A stretch of 64,000 nt of DNA from an uncultured Desulfarculus sp. (GTDB lineage: Bacteria > Desulfobacterota > Desulfarculia > Desulfarculales > Desulfarculaceae), in NCBI GenBank assembly GCA_963665125.2, contig CAXXUK010000001.1, forward strand, positions 1,984,001-2,048,000. Reading direction: 5' to 3'. Below the pieces are notes generated by a model. It worked only from the letters and a program-made list of their open reading frames with translations, was not told the DNA's origin and made no database searches. A program made the translations under genes and the position numbers. Below are positions 56,304-64,000 of the stretch, piece by piece. Within the stretch, counting starts at the first letter, position 1, and every line of letters starts with the position of its first letter.

Positions 56304-57023
56304 ATGGCCCCGGACAACACGCAAAACAACGCCAAGACCCGTCGCTGGTTCGTGAAATCCCTTGCCGTGATGGCGGCCGTTGCCGCCGCGCCCAAGGCGG
56401 CTTGGGCCTTTTTCATGTCCTGGTTCCCGGTGCGCACGGTGGAGATAGAGGACTTCGGCTTTGATCCGGCAACGGGCAACATCAAGCTCAAGGGCAAGGA
56501 CCAAAGGCCATACAGGCTGCAAATCAACGGCCTGGTGGAACGGCCCGCAAGCCTAAGTTGGGCCGAGATCAACGCCCTGCCCCAGGATGAACAGGTCTCG
56601 GATTTTCACTGCGTGGAGGGCTGGTCCGTGGCCGATGTGCGCTGGGGCGGCCTGCGCATGCGACAGATCGTCGATCTGGCGAAGCCCAAGCCCGAGGCCA
56701 GGTACGTGGTGTTTCATTCCCTGGGCAAGACCAGGGGCGCGCCCGGCGGGTTTGATCACTACGTCGAGTCGTTTCCCCTGGAGGCCACCCTGGACCCGGA
56801 GCGGCGCTTCATCCTGGCCATCCGCCACGACGGCGAATACCTGAGCCACGCCCACGGCGCGCCCCTGCGGGTCATCTCGCCGTTTGACCTGGCCTACAAG
56901 AGCGCCAAATACGTCGAGCGCATCGAGTTCAGCGACAAGCCCCAGCCGGGCTGGTGGACCATGGCCAACCCCATCTACCCTATCGACGCCCCGGTGCCCG
57001 ATCGAAGGCTCCGCAAAAACTAG
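56304..57023 (+). CDS. Molybdopterin-dependent oxidoreductase (sulfite oxidase/MsrP-like), Tat-exported
   Basis: TRRWFVK Tat motif; FHCVEGW, HGAPLR, YKSAKYV. Confidence 0.88.
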   Translation: MAPDNTQNNAKTRRWFVKSLAVMAAVAAAPKAAWAFFMSWFPVRTVEIEDFGFDPATGNIKLKGKDQRPYRLQINGLVERPASLSWAEINALPQDEQVSDFHCVEGWSVADVRWGGLRMRQIVDLAKPKPEARYVVFHSLGKTRGAPGGFDHYVESFPLEATLDPERRFILAIRHDGEYLSHAHGAPLRVISPFDLAYKSAKYVERIEFSDKPQPGWWTMANPIYPIDAPVPDRRLRKN

Positions 57024-57098
57024 GCAGCCAAATGCTTGCGGCAAAGGCGGCAATGGCCCCATACTGCGGTTAATCCACCATTTCAAGCGGAGCAAGCC

Positions 57099-57668
57099 AT
57101 GCGCCTGATCATCGCGGTTGTTGCCGCCGCAATCATGTCATTGCCCATCAGCGCCCCCTGCGCCGACCAGCAGGCATTGCAGAATGAGGGTAAACAGGTC
57201 ATCAGCCAATTTTTCTCCAAGCTGGTGTCCGAACTGCGCAAGGGCATGAAGGCCGGCGGTCCGGTCAACGCCATTGCCGTTTGCAAGGTGGAGGCCCCCA
57301 AGATCGCCTCCGATGTCTCGGCGGCAACCGGCTGGCAGGTGGGCCGCACCAGCCTTAGGCTGCGCAACCCGGCCAACAAGCCCGACCAGTGGGAACAGGC
57401 CGTGTTGGAGAAATTCCAGGCCAGAGCCGATGCCGGTGAAAAACCGAAGGATATGGTCTACTCCGAAATCATCGAGACGAACGGCCACAAGGTCTTCCGC
57501 ATGATGAAGGCCATCCCCACCGGAGGTGTCTGCCTGAACTGCCACGGCAACGCCGTCAAACCTGAGGTTGCGGCCAGGCTGGCAGAGCTGTACCCCCAGG
57601 ACCGGGCCACCGGCTTCGCGATTGGCCAGCTTCGCGGCGCCTTCACCCTAACCAAACAGATACAGTAG
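57099..57668 (+). CDS. DUF3365 (Tll0287-like) c-type heme protein
   Basis: Signal peptide; RTSLRLRNPANKPD, CLNCHG, LRGAF. Confidence 0.88.
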   Translation: MRLIIAVVAAAIMSLPISAPCADQQALQNEGKQVISQFFSKLVSELRKGMKAGGPVNAIAVCKVEAPKIASDVSAATGWQVGRTSLRLRNPANKPDQWEQAVLEKFQARADAGEKPKDMVYSEIIETNGHKVFRMMKAIPTGGVCLNCHGNAVKPEVAARLAELYPQDRATGFAIGQLRGAFTLTKQIQ

Positions 57669-57833
57669 AAAACCCAGTGTTTTTAGGCTTAATCTTTTAG
57701 ACTGACCGGCATTTTCCGAACGACTGTTTGGTCATCGTCAATATCTTTGATTTTCTTGACTTTTTTATTTTTTTTCACCAAACTGCAACAAAAATTATTG
57801 ACACTGTAAATAGTATTCAAATATATTTTTCGG

Positions 57834-57851
57834 TGACTGTACGTTCAGTCA
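57834..57851. promoter_or_regulatory. Candidate TetR operator TGACTG-N6-CAGTCA
   Basis: Perfect arms just downstream of TTGACA (57798) promoter and upstream of tetR; related site at 62856-62873. Confidence 0.7.
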
Positions 57852-57863
57852 TTAACCGAGGAC

Positions 57864-58526
57864 ATGGTCATGCCAAAGGAAACATTTAAAAATATCTCCG
57901 AAGAAAAGCGCCAAAGATTTATTCGTGAGGCCACCTCTCTATTCGCTGAAAAAGGCTACTACGGCACCGACATGGGCGAACTGGCCCGCCGAGCGGGCGT
58001 GTCCAAAGGCTCCATATACAACTATTTCGACAGCAAGGAAGACCTGTTCCTCTACCTGAGCGACTACAACCTGGGGCTATCGCGCAAGGCCATCTACGGC
58101 ACCCTGGACCCCGACTGGGACATCTACAAACAAATCGAGCACATTTTCCAGACCGGCGCTGAGTTCATCCTGGACAACCAGGACACCATGGTCGTCTACC
58201 TGAGCATGACCTCGCCGGGCATGGAGCAATTCGCCAACGCCAGGGCCGTGATCACCGAAAAATTCACCGCCGATCACCTCAAGCGGGAATTGGCCAAGGG
58301 TATCGAACAGGGCATCGTCCGGGCCGACCTGGACATCAACATGACGGCCTTTATCATCAACGGCCTCTATATACTTTTCGTCGCCTCGTTATCGACCGCC
58401 TATTTCCGCATCCGCCTGAAGGAGTATCTGGAGATGGACGAAGAGATCAACAGCGACAATATCCAGCAGCACCAGGCGAAAATAATAGAACATATTCATA
58501 AAATGCTACGGCCGCCAAAGGGATAG
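57864..58526 (+). CDS. TetR/AcrR-family regulator
   Basis: LFAEKGY, ELARRAGVSKGSIYNYFDSKEDL. Confidence 0.95.
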   Translation: MVMPKETFKNISEEKRQRFIREATSLFAEKGYYGTDMGELARRAGVSKGSIYNYFDSKEDLFLYLSDYNLGLSRKAIYGTLDPDWDIYKQIEHIFQTGAEFILDNQDTMVVYLSMTSPGMEQFANARAVITEKFTADHLKRELAKGIEQGIVRADLDINMTAFIINGLYILFVASLSTAYFRIRLKEYLEMDEEINSDNIQQHQAKIIEHIHKMLRPPKG

Positions 58527-58553
58527 CGGGCCGGGCATCCAGCGGAGGATGAA

Positions 58554-59390
58554 GTGTATCCAGACATGAAGGGCCAAACAGCGCTGATCACCGGCGCGGG
58601 CAAGAAAACCGGCATAGGCTTTGCCATGGCTGAAAAAGCCGCCCAAAACGGAGCCAACGTGGTCATCACCGACCTGGGCGGCGGCGGCGAGGAAATAGCG
58701 GGCATCAAAACCGGCAGCCGCTCAGAGATGGACATCATCGCCGCTGAACTGGCCGAGAAATACGGCGTGCAAACCCTGGCCCTGAACATGGACGTCTGCG
58801 ATACGGCTTCCATCGAAGCGGCCGTCGCCGCGGTCAAGGACAAATTCGGCCGCCTTGACATGCTGTTCAACAATGCCGGGGCCGTTATCGGCGCTCCCCA
58901 GGTGGCGCATAAATACGACGAAGGCGCCTGGATCAAGACCATCGACATCTGCCTGCACGGCGTGTTCCGCGTTTCCAAGGCCTTTGTGCCGATCATGCAG
59001 GGCGCTCCGGCGGCCATCGTCAATGTGGCCTCCCGGGCGGCCAAACGCCCGCCCCTGTTCAACGCGGCCTATGGCGTGGCCAAGGCCGGCGTGATGATGC
59101 TGACCAAGGTCATGGCCATGGAGCTTGGTGGGGAAAAAATCCGCGTCAACGCCATTTGTCCGGGCCTGATCATGACCGACATGCAGGTCCAGCGCATCCA
59201 GATGGAAGCCGACGTTTTCGGCACCACCTTTGAAGAAGCCGAAGCCAAACTGGCCCAGCAGGTGCCTTTGGGCTACATCGGCAAACCGTCCGAAGTCGCC
59301 GATTTGGCGTTTTACCTTGCATCCAGCGAGTCGTCCTACATCACGGGCCAAGCCTTCAACGTGGGCGGCGGAATCACCATGGAACTGTAG
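58554..59390 (+). CDS. Short-chain dehydrogenase/reductase
   Basis: TGAGKKTGIG, NNAG, YGVAK, NAICPG. Confidence 0.93.
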   Translation: MYPDMKGQTALITGAGKKTGIGFAMAEKAAQNGANVVITDLGGGGEEIAGIKTGSRSEMDIIAAELAEKYGVQTLALNMDVCDTASIEAAVAAVKDKFGRLDMLFNNAGAVIGAPQVAHKYDEGAWIKTIDICLHGVFRVSKAFVPIMQGAPAAIVNVASRAAKRPPLFNAAYGVAKAGVMMLTKVMAMELGGEKIRVNAICPGLIMTDMQVQRIQMEADVFGTTFEEAEAKLAQQVPLGYIGKPSEVADLAFYLASSESSYITGQAFNVGGGITMEL

Positions 59391-59397
59391 CCAATCG

Positions 59398-59426
59398 AAA
59401 GAGCCGCCGAGGCTCTTTCTTTTTTT
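59398..59426 (+). terminator. Intrinsic terminator/attenuator after SDR
   Basis: AAAGAGCC-gccga-GGCTCTTT followed by T-run. Confidence 0.7.
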
Positions 59427-59488
59427 AAAGCGTTCCGATGTTTCATGACGCGGGTGGGGAGCCGCGCGAGTGTCCGCCGAAGGGAGAG

Positions 59489-60829
59489 ATGACCATGAGC
59501 CAAGCCAAGGCCAATGACGGCTACTTGATGTCCAAAGGCTATTCGTATTACGTTTTCGGCCTGTTGTTTCTGCTTTATCTGTTCGACTACATCGACCGCC
59601 AGGTGGTCGTGGCCCTGTTTCCCTATTTGAAAGCCCCCATTGAAAAGGGTGGATGGGCCCTGACCAACGCCGAGTGCGGAATGCTGATCACCGCCGTGTA
59701 TTGGTCGATCCTGATCTGCACCTTCCCCATATCCATCGTAGTGGACCGCTGGAGCCGTAAAAAGAGCATCGGCATCATGGCTTCCATTTGGGGTCTGGCC
59801 ACCCTGGCCTGCGCCTTTACCAAAAATTTCACCCAGCTTTTCGCCACGCGCACGGTGATCGGCGTTGGCGAGGCAGGATACGCCCCCGGCGGCACGGCTA
59901 TGATCTCGGCCATATTCCCCCAGCGCATCCGCTCGATCATGGTGGGCGTCTGGAACGCCTCCATTCCCTTGGGCATGGCCGCGGGCATCGTCCTGGGCGG
60001 CCTGGTGGCCGAGGCCTTTGGCTGGCGGCACGCCTTCGGCATCGTGGCCATCCCTGGTCTGCTGGTGGCCCTGGCCTTCTTCTTTGTCAAGGACTACAAG
60101 ACAGTGGATCTTTCGGCTGAAGACCTGCACCCCGAGGCCGCTTTGGGCGCCCAGACCAAGGCCGTCGTCAAAAAGATGAAGTTGCTAGACTTGGTCAAGG
60201 AATTCACCCGCACGCCATCACTGATCCTTACCTACTTCGGCTTTGCCGGGATGATGTTCCTTTCCACCTCCTATGTGGCTTTCCTGCCGACGTATTTCAA
60301 CGAAATCTGGGCCGTTGAGCACACCAAGGCCAACTTGATGACCAGCGGCATCCTGATCACGGCCATCTTCGGTTCTCCCCTGGGCGGTTTCCTGGCCGAC
60401 CGCTGGATGAAGCGCAACGTCAGGGCACGCCTTTTAGTGCCGGCCATCACCGCATTTGTCACCGCGGCGTTGTATTATTTTTCCTTCGCTCACATGTCGG
60501 TGGGCACCCTGCAATATATTGTCTTTGTCATCGCCGGCTTGTGCAGCATCATGTTCGCCTCGTCGGCCATCGCCGTCACCCAGGACGTCATTCACCCGGG
60601 TCTGCGGGCCATCTCTTACGCCCTTTGCGTAATCATCCAGCACATGTTCGGCAGCGCCATCGGAGCGGCCGTCACCGGTTACATGGCCGACGTCAAAGGT
60701 ATCGTCATGGCCATGTCCACGGTTCCCGTTGTTTCGCTTACTTCGGGCGTGCTGTTCCTAATCGCCTCTAGGTTCTATCCCCGCGATCTCGAAAAGGTCG
60801 CCAAGGTCCAGATCGAGTTGGAGGACTAA
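59489..60829 (+). CDS. MFS transporter (spinster/ACS-like)
   Basis: DYIDRQ, VDRWSRK, RTVIGVGEAGY, GGFLADRW. Confidence 0.92.
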   Translation: MTMSQAKANDGYLMSKGYSYYVFGLLFLLYLFDYIDRQVVVALFPYLKAPIEKGGWALTNAECGMLITAVYWSILICTFPISIVVDRWSRKKSIGIMASIWGLATLACAFTKNFTQLFATRTVIGVGEAGYAPGGTAMISAIFPQRIRSIMVGVWNASIPLGMAAGIVLGGLVAEAFGWRHAFGIVAIPGLLVALAFFFVKDYKTVDLSAEDLHPEAALGAQTKAVVKKMKLLDLVKEFTRTPSLILTYFGFAGMMFLSTSYVAFLPTYFNEIWAVEHTKANLMTSGILITAIFGSPLGGFLADRWMKRNVRARLLVPAITAFVTAALYYFSFAHMSVGTLQYIVFVIAGLCSIMFASSAIAVTQDVIHPGLRAISYALCVIIQHMFGSAIGAAVTGYMADVKGIVMAMSTVPVVSLTSGVLFLIASRFYPRDLEKVAKVQIELED

Positions 60830-60835
60830 GCGGCC

Positions 60836-61855
60836 ATGAAAGCAGTCGTTTACAGGACGGACAAGGGGCTTTGCTGCGAGGAGGTCCCCACGCCCAAGCC
60901 CGACGCCGATCAGGTCCTGGTAAAGGTGGCCAATTGCGGGTTCTGCGGCTCGGATCATAGTCTGGTCCAAAGCGGCATGCTCGCCGACGGCTACATCCTG
61001 GGCCACGAGATCAGCGGCACCGTGGCCGAGGTCGGCGGCGACGTGGACCCCAGCCTGATCGGTCGACGGGTGATGATCCGCCCGACCTATTGCGGCCAGT
61101 GCGATGATTGCCTGGCCGGCAGACCGCAGTTTTGTCAAAACAACCGCCGCAGCCTGGGCATCGGCGATCTGCCCGGCGGATTCGCCGAATACCTGGTTTG
61201 CTACCCCCAGATGCTCATCCCCGTGCCCGACGGCGTTGACTCGCGCAACGCGGCCCTGGCCGAGATGTTCGCCACCAGCCTGCACGGCATGAAGGTGGTG
61301 GGCAAGTCCGGCGGCTCGGTGCTGGTCATGGGCGGTGGGCCCATCGGCCTGGGCCTGGTCAAGCTGCTCAAGGCTCAGGGGTTCGGTCCGGTGGTTCTCA
61401 GTGAACCTCAGGCAGCCAAACGGGAGCTGGCCGAAAAATGGGGCGCGGACTTTACCATTGATCCACTCAGCGAGGATTTGGGTAAGGCCGTGTTCGAGCA
61501 GACCGGCGGCCAGGGCTTTAACGTGGTTTATGAATGTTCCGGCGTGCCCGACAATGTCCAGTCCGCCATGGATGCATGCAGGCGTTTCGGTACGGTGTGT
61601 CTGTTAAGCATCATCGGCAAGATGGCCTCAATCCTGCCCCTGACCCTAAATTTCAAGGAAATCAACCTCACCGGGGCCTATGGCAATGACCATGCCGAAA
61701 ACAAACAGGTCCTGCAAATGATGGCCAATGGGCTGGACGGCCGGGAGATGATTTCCGACGTGGTCAGCCTGGAGGATCTGCCCAAGATGTATGAAGAGCG
61801 CATTCATACGGGCAAGGCCACCAAGGTGATGCTGGCCATCGGCGAGGAGTTTTAA
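60836..61855 (+). CDS. Zn-dependent alcohol dehydrogenase (butanediol/threonine dehydrogenase-like)
   Basis: CGSD, GHE, CGQCDDC..C, GGGPIG. Confidence 0.92.
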   Translation: MKAVVYRTDKGLCCEEVPTPKPDADQVLVKVANCGFCGSDHSLVQSGMLADGYILGHEISGTVAEVGGDVDPSLIGRRVMIRPTYCGQCDDCLAGRPQFCQNNRRSLGIGDLPGGFAEYLVCYPQMLIPVPDGVDSRNAALAEMFATSLHGMKVVGKSGGSVLVMGGGPIGLGLVKLLKAQGFGPVVLSEPQAAKRELAEKWGADFTIDPLSEDLGKAVFEQTGGQGFNVVYECSGVPDNVQSAMDACRRFGTVCLLSIIGKMASILPLTLNFKEINLTGAYGNDHAENKQVLQMMANGLDGREMISDVVSLEDLPKMYEERIHTGKATKVMLAIGEEF

Positions 61856-61858
61856 AGA

Positions 61859-62836
61859 GTGCAACCAGTGGGCATCATAGCCAATCCTGCCTCTGGCAAG
61901 GATATCCGGCGTCTGGTGGCCCATGGTTCGGTGTTCGACAACAACGAGAAGGTCAACATCGTCCGCCGGGTGCTCAGCGCCCTGGATTCCCTGGGCGTGG
62001 AGCGGGTGGTGATGATGCCCGACTGCTACCATACCGGCGGACGGGCCCTGTCTGACCTTGAAATAGGCCTCAGGGTGGATTTCCTGGAGATGATGGTCTG
62101 CAACGACCAGGACGACACCACCAGGGCCGCCGAAATGCTGGGTCAACTGGACGTGGCCTGCCTGATCGTCCTGGGCGGCGACGGCACCAACCGGGCCGCG
62201 GCCAAGGCCGCCAACTGCCCGGCCCTGCTTTCGATATCCACGGGCACCAACAATGTGTTCCCGGAGATGGTCGAGGGCACCCTGGCCGGGCTGGCCGCCG
62301 GTCTACTGGCCAGGGGCGATGTTGACGCAAGCGCTGTCTGCCGCAATGTGCCCAAGCTGGAGGTCGTCTCCGGCGGCGAGGTTGCCGACATCTGCCTGGT
62401 GGACCTGGTGGTGACCGGCCACCGTTTTTCCGGCGTCCGGGCCGTGTGGGAGGTCGATTCCATCCGGTCGATCCTGCTGACCAGGGCCCGGCCAACGGCC
62501 ATAGGCTTTTCGGCTGTTGGCGGGTATTTGCAGCCCATGAACGGCGATTGTGATCAAGGCCTGTTCATAGAGCTGGGTCCGGGCGGCAAAAAGGTCCTGG
62601 CTCCCATCGGGCCGGGCATGGTCCGCACCCTGGAGGTGAGCCGCTGGCGCACATTCGACCCGGAAGAAGAGATCAGCATCAGCGGTCCGGCAATGCTGGC
62701 CCTGGACGGCGAACGGGAGATGCCCGTGGCCAAGGATAAAACCGTAGGAGTACGCCTGAACCCCCAGGGGCCTCGGGTGGTTGATATGAAATCAATACTG
62801 AACCTGGCTGGTGAGCAAGGTCTGTTCCTTAGCTGA
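61859..62836 (+). CDS. acoX: AcoX-like ATP-NAD kinase family protein
   Basis: GIIANPASGKDIRRLVA, LGGDGTNR, STGTNNVFP; directly upstream of acoAB-like genes. Confidence 0.85.
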   Translation: MQPVGIIANPASGKDIRRLVAHGSVFDNNEKVNIVRRVLSALDSLGVERVVMMPDCYHTGGRALSDLEIGLRVDFLEMMVCNDQDDTTRAAEMLGQLDVACLIVLGGDGTNRAAAKAANCPALLSISTGTNNVFPEMVEGTLAGLAAGLLARGDVDASAVCRNVPKLEVVSGGEVADICLVDLVVTGHRFSGVRAVWEVDSIRSILLTRARPTAIGFSAVGGYLQPMNGDCDQGLFIELGPGGKKVLAPIGPGMVRTLEVSRWRTFDPEEEISISGPAMLALDGEREMPVAKDKTVGVRLNPQGPRVVDMKSILNLAGEQGLFLS

Positions 62837-62925
62837 ATCAGGCACGATCTTGCAACTACTGGTCGGTCAGTCAATTATTAAATAGTCATTTGGATGAGTT
62901 TCCAATATTTTTATGGAGAAATCCT

Positions 62926-63891
62926 ATGGAAATCACTAACGAACTGTTGATCAAGCTGTACACGAACCTGGTGCGCACCAGGAAATTCGACGAAGCAGCA
63001 GTCAAGTGGCTGGCCGGCGGCCGGTTGCTTTCATTCTACCATCCAGCCCTGGGCGGTGAGGCCCCCGGCGTGGGCGGCACCACCATCCTTCGAAAGGATG
63101 ACGTGGTCAGCCCCCATTTGCGCGGCCACGGCCTGCCCCACCTCATCGGCAAGGGCGGCAACCCCAAAACCTACATGGCCGAGCACTGCGGCCGCATCAC
63201 CGGCGGCGGCAACGGCCTGGGCGGCGTGCACGCGGCCTATGACGAGATCGGCATCTTCGGCGGCAGCGGCACCCTGGGCCAGGGTTTTGTGCTCAGTTGC
63301 GGCTGGGGTCTGGCCTGCAAGAAAAACGGCACCGGCCAGGTGACCGTGTGCTTCTTTGGCGACGGCACGGCCAACCGCGGCACCTACCACGAGGCGGCCA
63401 ACCTCTGCGCCCTGTGGAAGCTGCCGGTGGTCTTTGTCTGCGAAAACAACGGCATCGCCCAGTACGTGCGCCTCAAGGACTCCTATCCCCTGGACGACCT
63501 GGCCAATCTGGCCGCCGGATACGGCATGCCTTCGGCAGTGGTGGACGGCCAGGACGTGGTGGCCGTGGCCGAAGCCGTTGGCGCGGCGGTTGAGCGCGCC
63601 CGTGCGGGCAAGGGCCCCTCATTCATCGAGTGCAAGACGGCCCGCTTCTTCTCCCACGGCGTGGGCAACCCCGAGCCTCGCACTGAAGAGGAAATCGCCA
63701 AGGCCAGGGAGCGCGATCCCCTCGACGTCATGGAAAAGCGCCTGCTGGAGCAGGGAGTGCTTACCGAAGACGACTTCGCCCGGATCAAGGCCGAAGCCGA
63801 CGCAGAGGTGGCCGCCACCGAGAAATTCATCGACGAAAGCCCGTTCCCGGACGACCCGGCGTTGTTGGACGCCGCGGTGTATGCGGATTAG
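62926..63891 (+). CDS. acoA: TPP-dependent dehydrogenase E1 alpha (acetoin dehydrogenase-like)
   Basis: FFGDG..N, HEAANL, CENN, VDGQDV, RDP. Confidence 0.85.
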   Translation: MEITNELLIKLYTNLVRTRKFDEAAVKWLAGGRLLSFYHPALGGEAPGVGGTTILRKDDVVSPHLRGHGLPHLIGKGGNPKTYMAEHCGRITGGGNGLGGVHAAYDEIGIFGGSGTLGQGFVLSCGWGLACKKNGTGQVTVCFFGDGTANRGTYHEAANLCALWKLPVVFVCENNGIAQYVRLKDSYPLDDLANLAAGYGMPSAVVDGQDVVAVAEAVGAAVERARAGKGPSFIECKTARFFSHGVGNPEPRTEEEIAKARERDPLDVMEKRLLEQGVLTEDDFARIKAEADAEVAATEKFIDESPFPDDPALLDAAVYAD

Positions 63892-63906
63892 GAAGGGAGT
63901 GCTGAT

Positions 63907-64000
63907 ATGAGAGAGATCATGTACCTCGAGGCCATGAAAGAAGCCCTGGCCGAGGAAATGGAACGCGACGAAAAGGTGTTCATGCTTGGCGAGGGCGTCA
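63907..64000 (+). CDS. acoB: E1 beta subunit (acetoin dehydrogenase-like), 3' truncated
   Basis: MREIMYLEAMKEALAEEMERDEKVFMLGEGV. Confidence 0.8.
   Translation, partial: MREIMYLEAMKEALAEEMERDEKVFMLGEGV

Noticed and set aside
62840..62854. Sigma54 promoter-like AGGCACGATCTTGCA before acoA
   Set aside because: GG-to-GC spacing is 9 nt rather than the required 10
1..64000. CRISPR arrays, tRNA/rRNA genes, intact integrase or transposase
   Set aside because: None recognised by eye; a covariance-model scan was not possible

Overview
High-GC bacterial chromosome segment. Gene content (futalosine-type UbiD/UbiA, iron-sulfur flavoprotein, TonB receptors) suggests an anaerobic diderm, probably a Desulfobacterota member; this is inference. 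About 1.9-39.1 kb is a contiguous iron-homeostasis island with three parts. (i) An 8-gene ferrosome (fez)-like operon: a FezB-type P1B-6 ATPase, a second atypical P1B ATPase, MamC-like and GxxxG membrane proteins with low-complexity tails, and a triple-FeoA protein. (ii) An uncharacterised operon joining a HypB/UreG-like GTPase, a stand-alone ABC ATPase and a signal-less binding-protein homologue to a TonB receptor and a NitT/TauT ABC importer. (iii) Three siderophore-type uptake modules (FyuA-like receptor, AraC regulator, one methyltransferase each, plus RhtX/FptX-type MFS and a YbtPQ-like ABC), with no biosynthesis genes in the window. Nearly every promoter region of the island carries a TTAG-N6-CTAA-like palindrome resembling DtxR/IdeR/MntR operators rather than a Fur box. 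IS3, nitroreductase and XRE remnants border or interrupt the island. The right part looks like core genome: a 1530-aa protein of unknown function, an M20 hydrolase, sbcDC (its 3' end duplicated around an inserted SGNH gene), ubiD/ubiA split by an AT-rich gene, a J-domain/REC fusion, a MsrP-like molybdoenzyme, and a TetR-regulated acetoin/diol catabolic cluster (acoX-acoA-acoB). All calls are from motif reading; no database searches were run.
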